Below, piece after piece: positions 45,809 to 58,520 of a DNA stretch of 64,000 nt. The position numbers and the translations under genes were made by a program. Below the pieces are notes generated by a model. That model saw only the letters and a program-made list of their open reading frames with translations, was not told where the DNA came from and made no database searches. This DNA is from Marsupella aquatica. Lineage: Eukaryota > Plantae > Marchantiophyta. The stretch lies in contig OZ316897.1 in NCBI GenBank assembly GCA_973895155.1, forward strand, positions 22,171,455 through 22,235,454. Direction: 5' to 3'. Within the stretch, counting starts at the first letter, position 1. The number at the start of each line of letters is the position of its first letter.

Positions 45809-48800
45809 TATAAGTCCGATTGTCGATATCCGATACTTTTATCATGGCATGTTACGATGCCGACAGAATCGGATGTATGGTTTTTTCATATTTTGTTTTA
45901 CAAAGACGTCCGATGTGGAGAGAATCGGAAAAAAGGAGGTAAAATGTACTAGTGATTTCTTGGATTTCCAATTTGATTCTTACACATGCATCGTGGAGAA
46001 ATTATGTAGTTTTGAAATTTAAGCGATAAATCTATCTGATGTTGGTATTGCAAAAAGCGTTTCCTTCATATGGAAAGTTGTAATTTTGAAATTGCAGCGA
46101 TAAATTTATCTGATGTTGGTATTGCAAAAAGTGTTTTCTTAATATGGATAGTTGCAATTTTGAAATTTAACCGATGAACCAAAGGATCTTAGTATGGTCA
46201 GCAAGTATTTTTGGCATCCGGAGTTGTCGCGATAATTTTATCGGACTGCGCATTGTTGTTGAGACAACGACATGTTGACTATGCATGTATGTGGTTACTA
46301 TGGTCGATTGCAGAGGTAACTGCACTTAAGGTAAGTTTGACAAACTGTGCGGTAATTTCTTATCGACTGTGATGTAAAATAGTTACGGTAAATAACCAAA
46401 AATTGGGAAAATTGAGATTCGGTCGGAACTTTCATGGTTGAAATTCGGAGTCCGATACGGGTATCGGACTTTGTTTGAAAAGTGGATATGGATTTCTAGA
46501 TAAGACATTTCATATATCTTTGGAGAGCGTGAATATGATCGAGGTTCTGGCGAACATTTTTTGGATCTAATTTTTCCTTGATAAATTGAATGTTTGTGAC
46601 CATTAATTTCAGTCGTTCGGACGATTCTTGAATTTCCTGATTCAATCCAAACTCCGATATAGATTACATTATTTCCCCAAAAACCTGTTTTTGATAAAAA
46701 AACCACCAATTTTGCGAGATTTGGCGGAAAATGAAAACACACTTCTCGTTTGCGGAAATAGTTCTCGTTCGGTCGGAAATCATGTTTCCAGAGATGATGA
46801 GGGAGAGGAGAATGGCCCAATAGATAGAGGGCAAAGAAAACACGCCAATGCGGCCAGTAGCCCAATTAGGATTTGGTCTGAATGGAAGCAATCAAGCAAG
46901 CTTCCAAGATTAGGCTAATTGTAGCTTATTACACACTTGGGGGGGTCACTTCCACGGAAGTGGCACATCACGTGCGACGAAGTATAGGCCCATTTAAATG
47001 GGTGTGGCAGAAGACTTCCAAAGTTTGGTGGAAGAACACATAGGGCATGTTTTATGGACTGGTCAACTTTCAAGAACACATAGGCCTATTTAATTGCAAA
47101 AAATACTTTCTTTAAAGTTTTTAGGGGTTTTTTAATAAAAATGACAAAATTTAAAGAAAGAAAGGGCTTTGCAAACAAAAAAATTTCACTTATAAGTTAG
47201 GGGGGTCAAACCCTAAAACATCGCACGCGATGTATGGCCCTCCATATAGTGACCCCCCGAGATTACACATTTTGTAGGACTCGACAAGAGTTTGACGATG
47301 GGCCGCAAAAGCCCTATTTTGTACACATTTTGACAGGCCAATCTGGTCTCTGATCTTATGAATCCAATTTTCCCATTCGGTGTTTCCCACATCAATTTCT
47401 GTGGATTTCAGTGTGCTGCTATGGATCTTATGAATGTGTCAAACCTTTTTGGTTGGAATGTGCTTTCGAGTTCCAATGTCCTGAATGCATTTGCCATCTC
47501 CCGCTACTCGCAGCAATGTGCATTAGCCAGTTATGTCGACTACACAAAATCTGATTCACCAGTTTTGTCGACAATGCTGGACCCAATTTGCCACTTACCA
47601 CGTTCAGGAAAATATTCATTCGCCAGTGGGTTAACCACATCGGGAACCTGGTTTTCCAGTTAAAACTATTGCCCGCCGCACCCAGTAGCCACCTCCCCTA
47701 CCTGAACACTTATGACACTCGCCAGTCTGGCAAAAATTCAAAAACCTTAAAAAATACACTGACCCCGACCCCAACTGAAGTGATTTGGTAAACTATAGAA
47801 CAAAACTACACCTGATGTTGTAAGTTGATGCCAAAAATTGTCTAGCTCTTCCATTTAGAAGAACATCCTGGACAGCTCATTACTAGGGGTCCTAGTAGGT
47901 AACAAGACTGTCATAGGGCCCATCACCTCCAACAGTCCTACCAGCAACTAAATGTAAATAATTGGGCTGCTTTGCCTTTGGGACCCTGTCTCCAAGTCTG
48001 GCATTTTTGTTTGTTTGCATTGTAATATATAAATAATGAATCACTTGTTGTGTGAAATGGCACTCAATTATTAAAGTTATTTTAGTTTCTCTAATTCAAA
48101 ACACCTATCTGGTCAACCAAGAGTAAATTAATAATCACTTGACACTACAGTTAATTAGAGGAAGAAAAAGAACTGTGACCCATCAACAAAAAAACTTTTT
48201 CTTGCCCTCACATACCGAACTTTCCCTTTCCCAACTCTTTTTAAAAACCTCCCACCCCCACACATTGCCCCGGCAACTCTTCCCCAGAAAAAAAGGCTAA
48301 AGAATGGGGAAATTGAAGCCCAAACTGACCCAAACATTTGAGGCATGCCCTGGATAGAACTATGCAACCTGGATGGGCCACCCAAATTCGTGTTGCCTTT
48401 TCAATCAGTATGTTACCTTTGTATTATAATCTATGATTGGGACGTTTTTTTGTCAAAAGTGACCTTGTCCGTCTGGATTGCAAGGTTAGCAGGAGTGATG
48501 CATCCCAGGATTGGGATAAAATGTGTAGCCAAGAAAGAATGGAAAAAATTGGAGAGGCTTGGGAAAGCCTTTTAAAAATGGAAAGAGACAAGAGAAAAAG
48601 AAAGAAGGTAAGCCGTGATGAACTTAGCCACTGAATCATGCAACCCCCATGGACAGTGACACCTTTGCCTTTCCAAAAATGTTTCAACATCAAACATAGA
48701 CGGGCATTTAAGAAGCTCTTTGGAACCATCTTTCAATGAGTCAGTCTAATGTAGCTAGTTTTCCCTGGTAGTTTTCATGAAGAATTGTCAGAATTATACA

Positions 48801-49730
48801 GTTATAAAGTAAGATGAGTCATTCAGTCACTTCATTTCACTTACCTCACCACCTACGTTTTTGAGCATATAGCTACAACAATGAGATAACTGTTAATTTG
48901 TTCAAAAGGAGAAGAGAGAACAGTGTCATGCACTTTCTCTTGGGTCTAGAATTATTAACCATAGTTAGTCTAATTAACCAAAGTCAAGTACTTGGTAATT
49001 AAAAGGTTAGATGTGCAACTAGTTACTAACTATGTTCATTAGCATGACTTAGTTAGTGATTGAATGGGTCTTAGGCTCATTGTCACAAAACCATCTAAGA
49101 GATGGGAGAGTTTAGTATGTCAGTGGAGATGTGGTATAGCAAATGGGCTTAAAGTCCGGCTTAAAGTTTGATAATCTATCTTGTGTGTTCCTGTGGAGAT
49201 ATATAGTCTCTGGAAAAGTGAATCACAATAGATCAATTTTTTAATGGGAAATCACCTTAATAGAAAGTTTTTAGGGTTTGTGTTCAGAATCTCATTGGCA
49301 TTTAAGCCCTTGTAGTCTAATTTACCCTTGGTTAGGCGTTTTGCTTTCAATCTACTATGGCCGAGACTATGGCTAAATTTTCTGAGGCATCATAAAAAGT
49401 AGACATGTACAATGTGCATCAAAAGAACATGGAGATACTGTTGAGGTTTTTTGTGAACACTTGATCTGGAGACTTGGCATTAAATCAAAACCTATTTTTA
49501 CCCCATACAGGCAGAACACAAACCAAGACAAAGTATTTGAGAGAGTTAAAATTAGGGTCTTGGTTTGTGTTCTGGTATTAATAGCATTTTGACTTGATTT
49601 AACACCGAACATATTAGAGAGTTGCAAACTAAGAGTTACTTATAAAAAGTGAATGTGTGTCTTGGTTTGTGGTATGGTATAACATTAAGTGTTGATTTAA
49701 TACCTACCATGTTTCAGAGCTGCAAAGAGT

Positions 49731-49909
49731 GAGAGATATGCTTAGGAGACCCCCTTCTGGAAAAAGTTTGCTTAATCAACCCCCTCAATACTTTTCCACA
49801 ATCTGGACCGTTGATGGACCTTTCGATCTCAGATCTGGACTGCTGATAGACCTCAGGGGGTTGATCAAGTAACAAATTTCATTTTGGGGGTTGATCAAGC
49901 AAATGCCTC
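49731..49909. mobile_element. Mutator-like MITE (~180 bp)
   Basis: Flanking direct repeat TGCAAAGAGT (49721-49730, 49910-49919); G...C ends; internal inverted repeats TTTGCTTAATCAACCCC / GGGGTTGATCAAGCAAA. Confidence 0.65.
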
Positions 49910-51604
49910 TGCAAAGAGTTAAAATGAGTATGTGCCTTGGTTTGTGTTCTGGTACAAAGTTTGCTGACTGTTGAGTTAATGCCAATCGGGTGGTACCCAG
50001 TAGGAGGGGTTGGACTTGTGGGCGCATCATAGCTTAGATAGGAAAAGGATGACTCTCAATGCACAGAACAAATTGGATGAAATTTCACCCGCAAAGTGGC
50101 AGGTTAGGGGCAAGTAGGGTCCCCCTAAAAGGGCATGACAAACAGGGTCTAAAGTGGAGCTACAGCCAAGGACATTGATTACATACTTTTATGGTCAGAC
50201 AAAACTCTTACATGTTTCCTATAGGTGCCCAGTAAGATCATTCGTCCAAATTACTCACAGCCATAAGACCTTGATTATGGTTGATTTTGGCAGAGCCTGG
50301 TAAGGATCAAATGTCCAAATTAATCACAGCCATAAGACCTTGATGTACAATTATGGGGTACTTTGACCCACCCTAATGGAAAGTAGGGTGCAACCTACAC
50401 AAGGATCTCCTAATATTCTGTAAGTTCAGATTGAGTGGTGTGTTTGGCTCCATATATAGGGAAGTTAGGTTGAAACCTACAGATGGAACTTTGAATGTTC
50501 TGTTCAGATTAAGTGGGTACTTACTACCATCTTTCTTGCCCCAAACACAATGCACGGTCTTGTATTCAAATAGTGGGCCATGGGGTGCTCTATTTGAATA
50601 GGGCACCTAGGGCATTGTTGGGGATCTAATAGGACAGCATGACAACAAAGGAACCAACATATAACCGACAAAGAGAGTATGTGGTTCACCCCGTCAAGGC
50701 TACGTCCATGCCAGTGAAAGAAGAATCAATCTGAACGTAACAATAGGGCGTCTCAAAGCTTGGCCTTAACAAGATAAGGCCCTCCCCAAACTCAATTAAG
50801 TATTATGGAATGTCCCATAAAAGTTATGGGAGCCAATCTTTGGCTACCATAAGGAAAGCCCGCGGATTCAACACTTAACCCGTAACGTTCCCGCAACTTT
50901 AGGCAGAAATCCGGAAATCTGGAAGTCCAGACCCCTCCAGACTTGATGCGGGGGAGTCGCAAGGCACATGGGATTTGCTCCTGATGTGGTGATTGCTGCT
51001 GCATTTGAGGCAGCACTGATCAAGAATTGAGGAAACAATATTAATATATGCTATGAGACAGGTGAGGCCTTAATTTCTGCCTTATGGGGCGGGTCAATGT
51101 TACCTCCCCCAGTTTTTAAGAGTCTATAACTGGGTCCCATAACTCTATATACCACAAATCTGTAACTTTCTCTAATGACCGAGCTTTGAGACGCCCTAAT
51201 ATATCCACCATAACCTAGCTCCACAAACTCCCCCGTAAACTCCACTATGACCTGATCTCTCTCACCCTCTAGCCTCTCCACACATAGGACTGAACTCTCA
51301 AATGTGAGCACACATTTGGGTATACCCCATCCCATGGTCTATGGGAGCCTGGAACTCAAATGAGAGCTATCCTAGTAAGTCTGCTAATGCATGACTAGTA
51401 CTACGGAAGTAAATAGGTTATACTAGAGGCATAACCTAGTAACAATCATGTTTTTTCATTTTTTATACTTTTAGAGCGTTGTGTTCACATATTGACTTTA
51501 TATCATATGACTCATGAATTTATTCCTATTTGTGCTCAATGTAGAAAAGTTTAGGGTCATTCCTGAACACGATGTCCAAGTCAAATACAATGCCCAAGCG
51601 CTCT

Positions 51605-51835
51605 GTGTGTTTGAATAAAAAACACTTTTACGGTGTGGAGACTCTAAAAATTCCATTTCCAAACATTGTGTTTGAATAAAAAATACTTTTTGGTGTGGTG
51701 AATCTAAAAATCCCATTTCTAAACATTATGTCTGAATAAAAAATACTTTTTCATGTGGAGACTCTAAAAATTCCATTTCAATCAAGTGTTTTTGAAATAT
51801 AAATACTTTTTCATGTGGAGACTGTAAAAATAAAA
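51605..51835. repeat. ~61-bp AT-rich tandem repeat (~4 copies)
   Basis: TTTGAATAAAAAATACTTTT..TGTGGAGACTCTAAAAATTCCATTTC units. Confidence 0.8.
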
Positions 51836-54677
51836 ATATGTCCTGGCCCAGTTTGGCCTTGATGGGCAAATGAGGGGTGTCATCCGTCACACCCGGTCGT
51901 CCTGACCACCTGGTCCTGACCCCACCCCAACCCCGTCCGGTCTGGACCTGACCCGAGCCCGTCCCATCCCTACCTCGCCCCACCCTGACCCGTCCCATCC
52001 CTACCTCGCCCCACCCAGACCCAGCCCCCGACCCCGAACCCAAACTCTAATCCCTGGCCCGGCCAGGGCCAGGAAAGGGAGAATTCGGGACCTGGCCGGG
52101 CCAAAGGGAGAATTCGGGACGGGTGGGGAATAAGGAGGAATAAGTGTCATTTGGCCCCTTTTGGAGCAGTAATGTGACGTGTTTACGTCTGAGGGGGACA
52201 CGTAAACTCGCCCCTCACACGGGGCGTTCTGGGGAAGACGTAGGATGATACCTTGTGTTCCGTCCAGGTTGCTCATGTAACCTCTCGGTGGGTAATCACT
52301 CATGAAACGTGTACCATTGAGTCTCGTGTCAGGAAGATCGAACGGATATGGAAGTTGATGGGCAAAGGCATGAAACAACAGACATTGAGTTTTCCTCGAA
52401 ATTGCCCTCACCGTCCCGTTAACAAATTTGATTCATAGCGTTTTCAACATTTTCAACTCAGCACAGACAGATTACGTTCGCACAGAATGACTTCCAAGGA
52501 GACCATGAGGTCAAGCCTGATGTACCTACCTGGAAAGATACGTAGTATGAAGGTCAAATGGATTTCCCTTTGTTCCCCATGGGAAATCCAGTTTGTGAAG
52601 GGGTGTTGCGCCAGCCTTCTGATCGGCCACTTCGGGATCTGATTGGGTATCCAGATGCTTCGATACTTTCAAATTTCAGCTACTCCGCAACTCATTCAGC
52701 TCGTAACTATCAGCGTTGGGCCTTTTCTTTGTATCTTTAGTCCTCTCATTTCCTCTACAATTTTTAGTGTCGTCATTCAAATCGACGAGCTTCATTACGT
52801 ACTCCAGCTACTCAGTGTACTCTACGAATTACTCTTAAAACATTCCCTCAGTTCCCCATGGGAGTTGTCAGGTCACAGCTTGACAGTCAAGTAATCGCAT
52901 GCATCTTTAGTAGCCACCTTTGCATTCGGATTGATCGTTTGCTATTTTCTCTTTTCTTTGGCCCAAAGGCACGAGGTGCGACATACCCCTCGGGAACAAT
53001 ACCCTGACTTGTCTTTCAATCCCTGGTCCATGCGTTACTTTTGTGCTCGGACGGCGTTCATTTGTACCAACACACTTCAGGAGGCGGTATGATAGCGGCG
53101 CAGGAATTGCTTGAACCAAAAAGCTGAATCCTTAGCGTATCGCTTCAAACTGTCACTGTGGTCAACATATATAGTTGAGACCAAAGAGATGCGTGTAGCC
53201 AGATATCCACTCATAACAGTCTACTACTCAATACTGCCCAGGCAAATTAGCCCCTTACATCTGCCCCTTCCCTGAACCCAAACAAACACCGGATATCAAA
53301 AGAGATTTAGCAGAGGAAGATTTCACATGGACTCCGAATATCGAAGGAAGCTCGCTTACGATACAACTCAAGCAAACCTTCTCCAGCTCGTGTCACACAA
53401 CTAGTGACAATAACCTCACGAGTTGGGAGGAAACACTTTGCATTGCTTACTGTTAACTTAAACACTCGCTTGCCAGACACTTCACCTGGGTCCATTTCCT
53501 TACTCTGACACATCTCCAAAAATTTCTATTACTCTGCCTAAACTCAGTCCGTAAGTATAGACTGCAACATTCATGAACTCCTTTAATCCTTGATTAACAT
53601 GTGTCGATTGAGTTCAAAGATCCGATTCTTTGATTTTAAAACCTGACACCAGACGATTTCTCATACTTGAGGCCGTCTCATCTTTTTACTCTTTTGCTTC
53701 AGGTCTTCGAGACGTACTCGGGGTCAGTTAATAGATTCTAGTTCTTTGTGCCCCTTCTCTCTGCACCTACTCGTGACATAAGAACCCCATATATATAATG
53801 CCGGTTCAAGCAATTGATCCATGCCCAATCAATGTGAACTCTAGCAATCTGGCCCCTACACTACTGTTGGCGCAGGAAAGTTTAAGATGTAGAGTCAATA
53901 ATGAGATGAAGACCCTTCAGTCCGGCCAAAGAATTGATTTGCCTTTCTAGGTCCCCGCAAACCTTTGACATCTTCAATGTTTAAACATCGGAGCTTTGGC
54001 AATTGGACAAAGAATTTAGTTTAGAAGTAAATGTGTACATTAATTGTTAGATTGTTTTATTGTGAAGAGTTTTCGAAGGCCTCTGGCAGGCTTCGCACCA
54101 CACCAACTGAGTTCAAGATGGCCTAGTTACTATTCGAACTTTTGAAGTAAGTTTTCACAATACCAGAACTTCAAGCGACCAATGCAGACAGCCCCAGAAA
54201 GGTTCGGCCAGGAAGTGAAATTCGTAGCAAGATTCGACTTCAAGGTGAGCTCGGGGGTGAGCTCGACAAGTATCAGTCAGCAAGCTCATTCGCGTAGCCT
54301 CAGCTGTCAATTGAATTCAATTCGTAGAGTCAAATCTGATAGAATGTTCCAAATTGGATACATATATGGTATCATGTTCATGTACATATATCCGTCCAGC
54401 ATTGTCAGCTGCGACTTCAATTCTATTCCCGATAAACGTAAAACTAAATCCGATAGAGGATTACCAAATTGGGCATCAATCTGTCATCATGTCCGTACGT
54501 GTAGTGCATTCAACAGCTTTCGATTGACATTAAGAATGAAGATAGATCTGATAAGAAATGTCTGTCACTGCAATTCTGCAATGATGATGACCTACAAAGA
54601 AGAGTGCCCGGCCTCCTCACATCACGACTATAGACCGACCACTGGCACAGCATTCGATTCTATGACACATTCTGCTC

Positions 54678-55679
54678 TCAAGCCAAACCGACCATCTTTA
54701 ATGAGTCGGTCCACAAGTGATCCTCTTTTTCCTCGTCGTAAGCATGCTCTGCATACCCAGGATCGCTGATCGCACTCCCCTCCTTCACCGGCAGGCTAAC
54801 CTGCACATCCTCCAAATACTTGCCTCCTTTCCCCTCCCACTCCTTCCCCACAGCCGCCCAAACGGTCGTCGCAGCCCCCTGCTCCGTGCTCTTCATAACA
54901 GCATTAATCTCGGGCGAGTTCAAGGCTTCCTTCAAGTCCTCTGCCAAATAGTTCATCAGCTGCGTCCGGATGCCCCCCGGGTGCAGGCTCGTCGCGTGGA
55001 GCCCCTGCTGCCCGAAATGCCGATCGATGTGATTGGCCATATAGATGTTTGCCGTCTTGCCTTGCCCATATGCGAGCATGGGATTGTAGTCTCCTGTTTT
55101 GAAATTGTAGTCCTCGAAGCGGATGCCACTAAAGCGATGGCCGGATGATGCGACTGTGACGACGCGCGAGTTGAACTCCGGCGTAGAAGAAGCGAGCAGA
55201 CTGGGCTTGAGGAGGTTGAACAGCAGGAAGTGGCCGAGATGATTGGTGGCGAATTGAGTTTCGAATCCGTCCACAGTTGTGGTCCCTGGGGCGGGGATGG
55301 CCATCACGCCTGCGTTGCACACGAGGACGTTGATCGGTTTCTCGGCGGTCTTGGAGAGGAACTCCGCTGCTGCAGCTCGAACGCTCTCCAGGGAGGAGAG
55401 GTCCATGGACAGGAGCTCGACGCGGCCGGGCTCGAGTAAGTCCGCTAGTGCCGTCTTGCCCTTCTCAATGTCTCGTACCCCGCAGTACACCGTCGCTCCT
55501 GTGGTCGCGATGGCACGAGCAGTCTCGACTCCAATTCCTGACGAGCATCCGGTTATTAGGAAGGTTTTGTTCTTTAATTTGCCTTCCAACCCCTCGTCCT
55601 GAATGATTTGCAGAGCGGTAGGACGGGCGTCGCCTGCTCCGTGAGGATTCACATGGACTGCTGCGTATTTGGATGCCAT
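54678..55679 (-). CDS. Short-chain dehydrogenase/reductase (retinol-DH/WWOX-like), 333 aa, intronless, fungal-like
   Basis: TGCSSGIG (TGxxxGxG), CNAG, FATNHLGHF and YGQGK (YxxxK); ATG at 55679 gives MASKYAAVH... Confidence 0.93.
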   Translation of the reverse strand: MASKYAAVHVNPHGAGDARPTALQIIQDEGLEGKLKNKTFLITGCSSGIGVETARAIATTGATVYCGVRDIEKGKTALADLLEPGRVELLSMDLSSLESVRAAAAEFLSKTAEKPINVLVCNAGVMAIPAPGTTTVDGFETQFATNHLGHFLLFNLLKPSLLASSTPEFNSRVVTVASSGHRFSGIRFEDYNFKTGDYNPMLAYGQGKTANIYMANHIDRHFGQQGLHATSLHPGGIRTQLMNYLAEDLKEALNSPEINAVMKSTEQGAATTVWAAVGKEWEGKGGKYLEDVQVSLPVKEGSAISDPGYAEHAYDEEKEDHLWTDSLKMVGLA

Positions 55680-57669
55680 TGTCGGAGAACGAACCCGAAG
55701 CGTAGCTAGGAGCGCGTGGAGTGGGCGAAGTTTACGGTATGCTTGCTCCGTGTTTGGCGCTGTGATGGTATTCTGAGTGTGGACTTGTGGAGATTGCAGA
55801 AAGATCCAAGGAATGTTTATACTGTCTCGATCTGCCAACTCTTGTTTAGAGGTTTGGTGTGGAGGAAGGTTCGTTTGAGACTTCGAAAAAAATAAAACGA
55901 AGAAATGGACCACGACGTTTCGCCATCATTGTGTCCGGGCAGGGTAGGAATTCGTACTTTCTGTTCTTTCCATGCGTAAGATTTCGGTGTTCGTGTCTTC
56001 CTTAGAGGTCTACTGCAATTTGGGTGTATGTAGGACGGATTTTCATCGGAAGTTTCTGAAACAAAAGAGTTTTCCGTAAAAGCAGCCCATGGAAAGACGC
56101 GCCATTCACCCTGTAATTCTAAAAGGCTAGTTACCGTGAAAGTAGAGCATGAACAGACTTTTTTGTCAAAACTCAAGGTGAAGTCCTACAGCTAATGATT
56201 TCTAGGGCAAGTCTCGACTCTCGTGAGCATTTGTGACATTGCACTCTTGCTTTGCTTTATGGTGGTTCACTACTGTAGCTCTTCCAAATATTCTTCGTGT
56301 TATTCTTCTTGTTGCTCTGCCAAATGTAAGATCTAATTGATGTTGCATGCTCGTTGCGCCTGCTTCACTGCTCGCTGCTGGTAGTTCCGCCCCTGCTCGC
56401 TGCTGCTAGTTGCTGCCCACATGAAGATTACAGGGTGACTTAGACATTGCCACCCCCGAAGATCACTTTCCCGTTTTCGCCCTGGATTTTACTCTGGTGT
56501 ATTTGAGTACCGCTGCCAAACGCTAACTCACCCTGTGTAAATCATAAACCTGCTTTCACCCTGTGAACTCACCCCTTAAGTGTGCTTTTACAGAAAACTC
56601 TAAAAGCTCAAAAACCTTAATTTATCCAGAATCACATTTCACGGAAATATCGTCCGCTAGATTACCTTTGGGCACTTCAAGGCAAAGAAGCTTCAGCTAG
56701 ATTACCCTCGAGCAAGGACTCCTTGAACGCACCGTTGATTTGCACACCAAGACACCCCGGCCCACAGAAACTACAGCAGATCAAGCGAGCTGCTACCTGG
56801 CCACTTCGGGTATCGAGGTGATTACGTATGCAACAGACTGCAGACTTATACTGTAATGATAGGTCTCAGCCTACCGTCGTTGCAGCTAGGGAAGAGCCAC
56901 CCGGTGGTCATCCGGTTCTCTATCTAAGCTTTTCTAAAGTATCAAGTCCGATACAAAACAATTCTTCAAGATTTTGTTTTCGGTGTCGATTTCTTCAAGC
57001 TCTGCTCCGTCCTGGTCTCTTGCTTTCAGGACTTCTTGGATGACGGAAAACACTCCTTAGACCGTCGAACCGACCAGCAAACTTAACCGTAAAGCTCGCT
57101 TATCGCTCTGTTTTGGCATTCGCCAACTCCTGCACCTTATTCATGTCTCTCCTCCAGCTGAAATAAGACTTTGAAGGTGAAAGTTAACCTGCCATAGTCG
57201 ACGACGTGCACACGGACCTGTTTGTAATAGTTAAAGCCACCCCTAATCGTCCAAACTTCTGGATTGTGGAGTTCGCGACGAATCAAGCAGGATCCAAAAC
57301 TTGCCTTCACTGTAAAGTTCATGTCAGCTGTGTTAGCAATTAGATTTTCATCTTTGGAAGAATTGTCGTAGAAACTTTTCATTTGGTTCTTTCGAGTCAA
57401 TTTTTTTTAAAAAAATTGTCGTAGAAACTGTTCTCTTTGTTTGTTTAGTCGGGCCTAAAAATCGTCATTGTTCAAGGATAAGGGTTGGGAAATCCACTTC
57501 TGCAGCGGCTCTCAGTAACATGTCCTTTGACTATGGTACATGGGCTGGACTGTGGGAAGTACATGAGTAAATTCTGCAAGTGCCACCTCTCTCCCCATGA
57601 CCCCCATGAGCGTCCTTCCTTTTCGGGAGTTGAAGTGACACTGCAGGCTTGACTCATACTATTGTTATT

Positions 57670-57938
57670 ATCGGGGACCCACTCTTAGGTACCGCGCCCG
57701 GTTCCTTTTCACTGGCCGGTCTTTTGGAGTTCTGCCTCTCCTGTTGTAGTGGTTAAATTTCTAGTTTAGCTTCCTTCTTTTGGAGTCTACTTCTCTCTTG
57801 GTTTCCGGCCCACCCAGTTTTTGGCTACATGACCTTTGGTCCTTCCGGGTGCCAACCCCCTTTTGTGGGCCACCCCTATTGTATGATGGCTTTATGAATG
57901 TAATCCAATTGGTTTTTTCGAGGCAAAAAATAAAAATC
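57670..57938 (+). mobile_element. Possible 3' end of a truncated LINE/SINE
   Basis: Pyrimidine-rich tract ending in a degenerate A-tail (AAAAAATAAAAA); no TSD found. Confidence 0.3.
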
Positions 57939-58089
57939 ATTTTTTAGGTTCTCAGCAATTCGTGTCATGTAGTCCGATTTGAGGCTGTAGTGGACAATAG
58001 CTCATCGCCCTCTTCTATTTGCGTTTGGTGTTGTCCTCTCTGAACTCTGTTTCTTTTAATTGCTACTAGCTCATTACCCGTGTGTTACA

Positions 58090-58520
58090 CAAATGGCGTC
58101 GTGTCGGCCAATATGTGGTTGAGAAAAGAAGATGTCCTGTCGGCCAAGAGGTTGTTGAGAAAAAAGATGTTCTGTCGGCCAAGAGATTGTGAAGAGAAGA
58201 GATGTAATGTTGGCCAAGAGGTCGTTAAGAAAAAAAGATGTCGTGTCAGCCAAGACATCATTGAGAAAAAAGATGTCGTGTCGGCAAAGACGTCGTTGAG
58301 GGAAAATACCCGTGCATTGTACAAGATGTTGTTAAGAAAAAATATGGTGTGTCGCCCAAGATGTTGTTATGTGAAAGATGTCATGAAGTAAAAAGATACA
58401 AAAATCATTTTGCCAAAGATGTCATTATATGAAAGATGTTGTTAAGAAGAAGGTGTCATTTTGCCAAAGATATTGTGAAGTAAAAGATGTTATAAGGAAA
58501 AAAGGATCGTTATGAAGTAA
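58090..58520 (+). repeat. Degenerate ~20-bp periodic repeat built on AAAAGATGTC(G/A)T
   Basis: Many AAGATGT/AAGACAT motifs; also recurs at ~58740-59000. Confidence 0.65.

Noticed and set aside
44222-46022. ORFs with KSDAGRMG / LSHSPSIG peptide repeats
   Set aside because: Translations of the 24-bp tandem arrays, open in several frames and on both strands
51850-52225. GC-rich tract with hairpins as a Helitron 3' end or G-quadruplex element
   Set aside because: No CTRR terminus at the expected distance and no partner end identified
55680-55913. 78-aa N-terminal extension of the SDR in the ORF track
   Set aside because: Non-ATG start and UTR-like composition; the family-like sequence begins at ATG 55679
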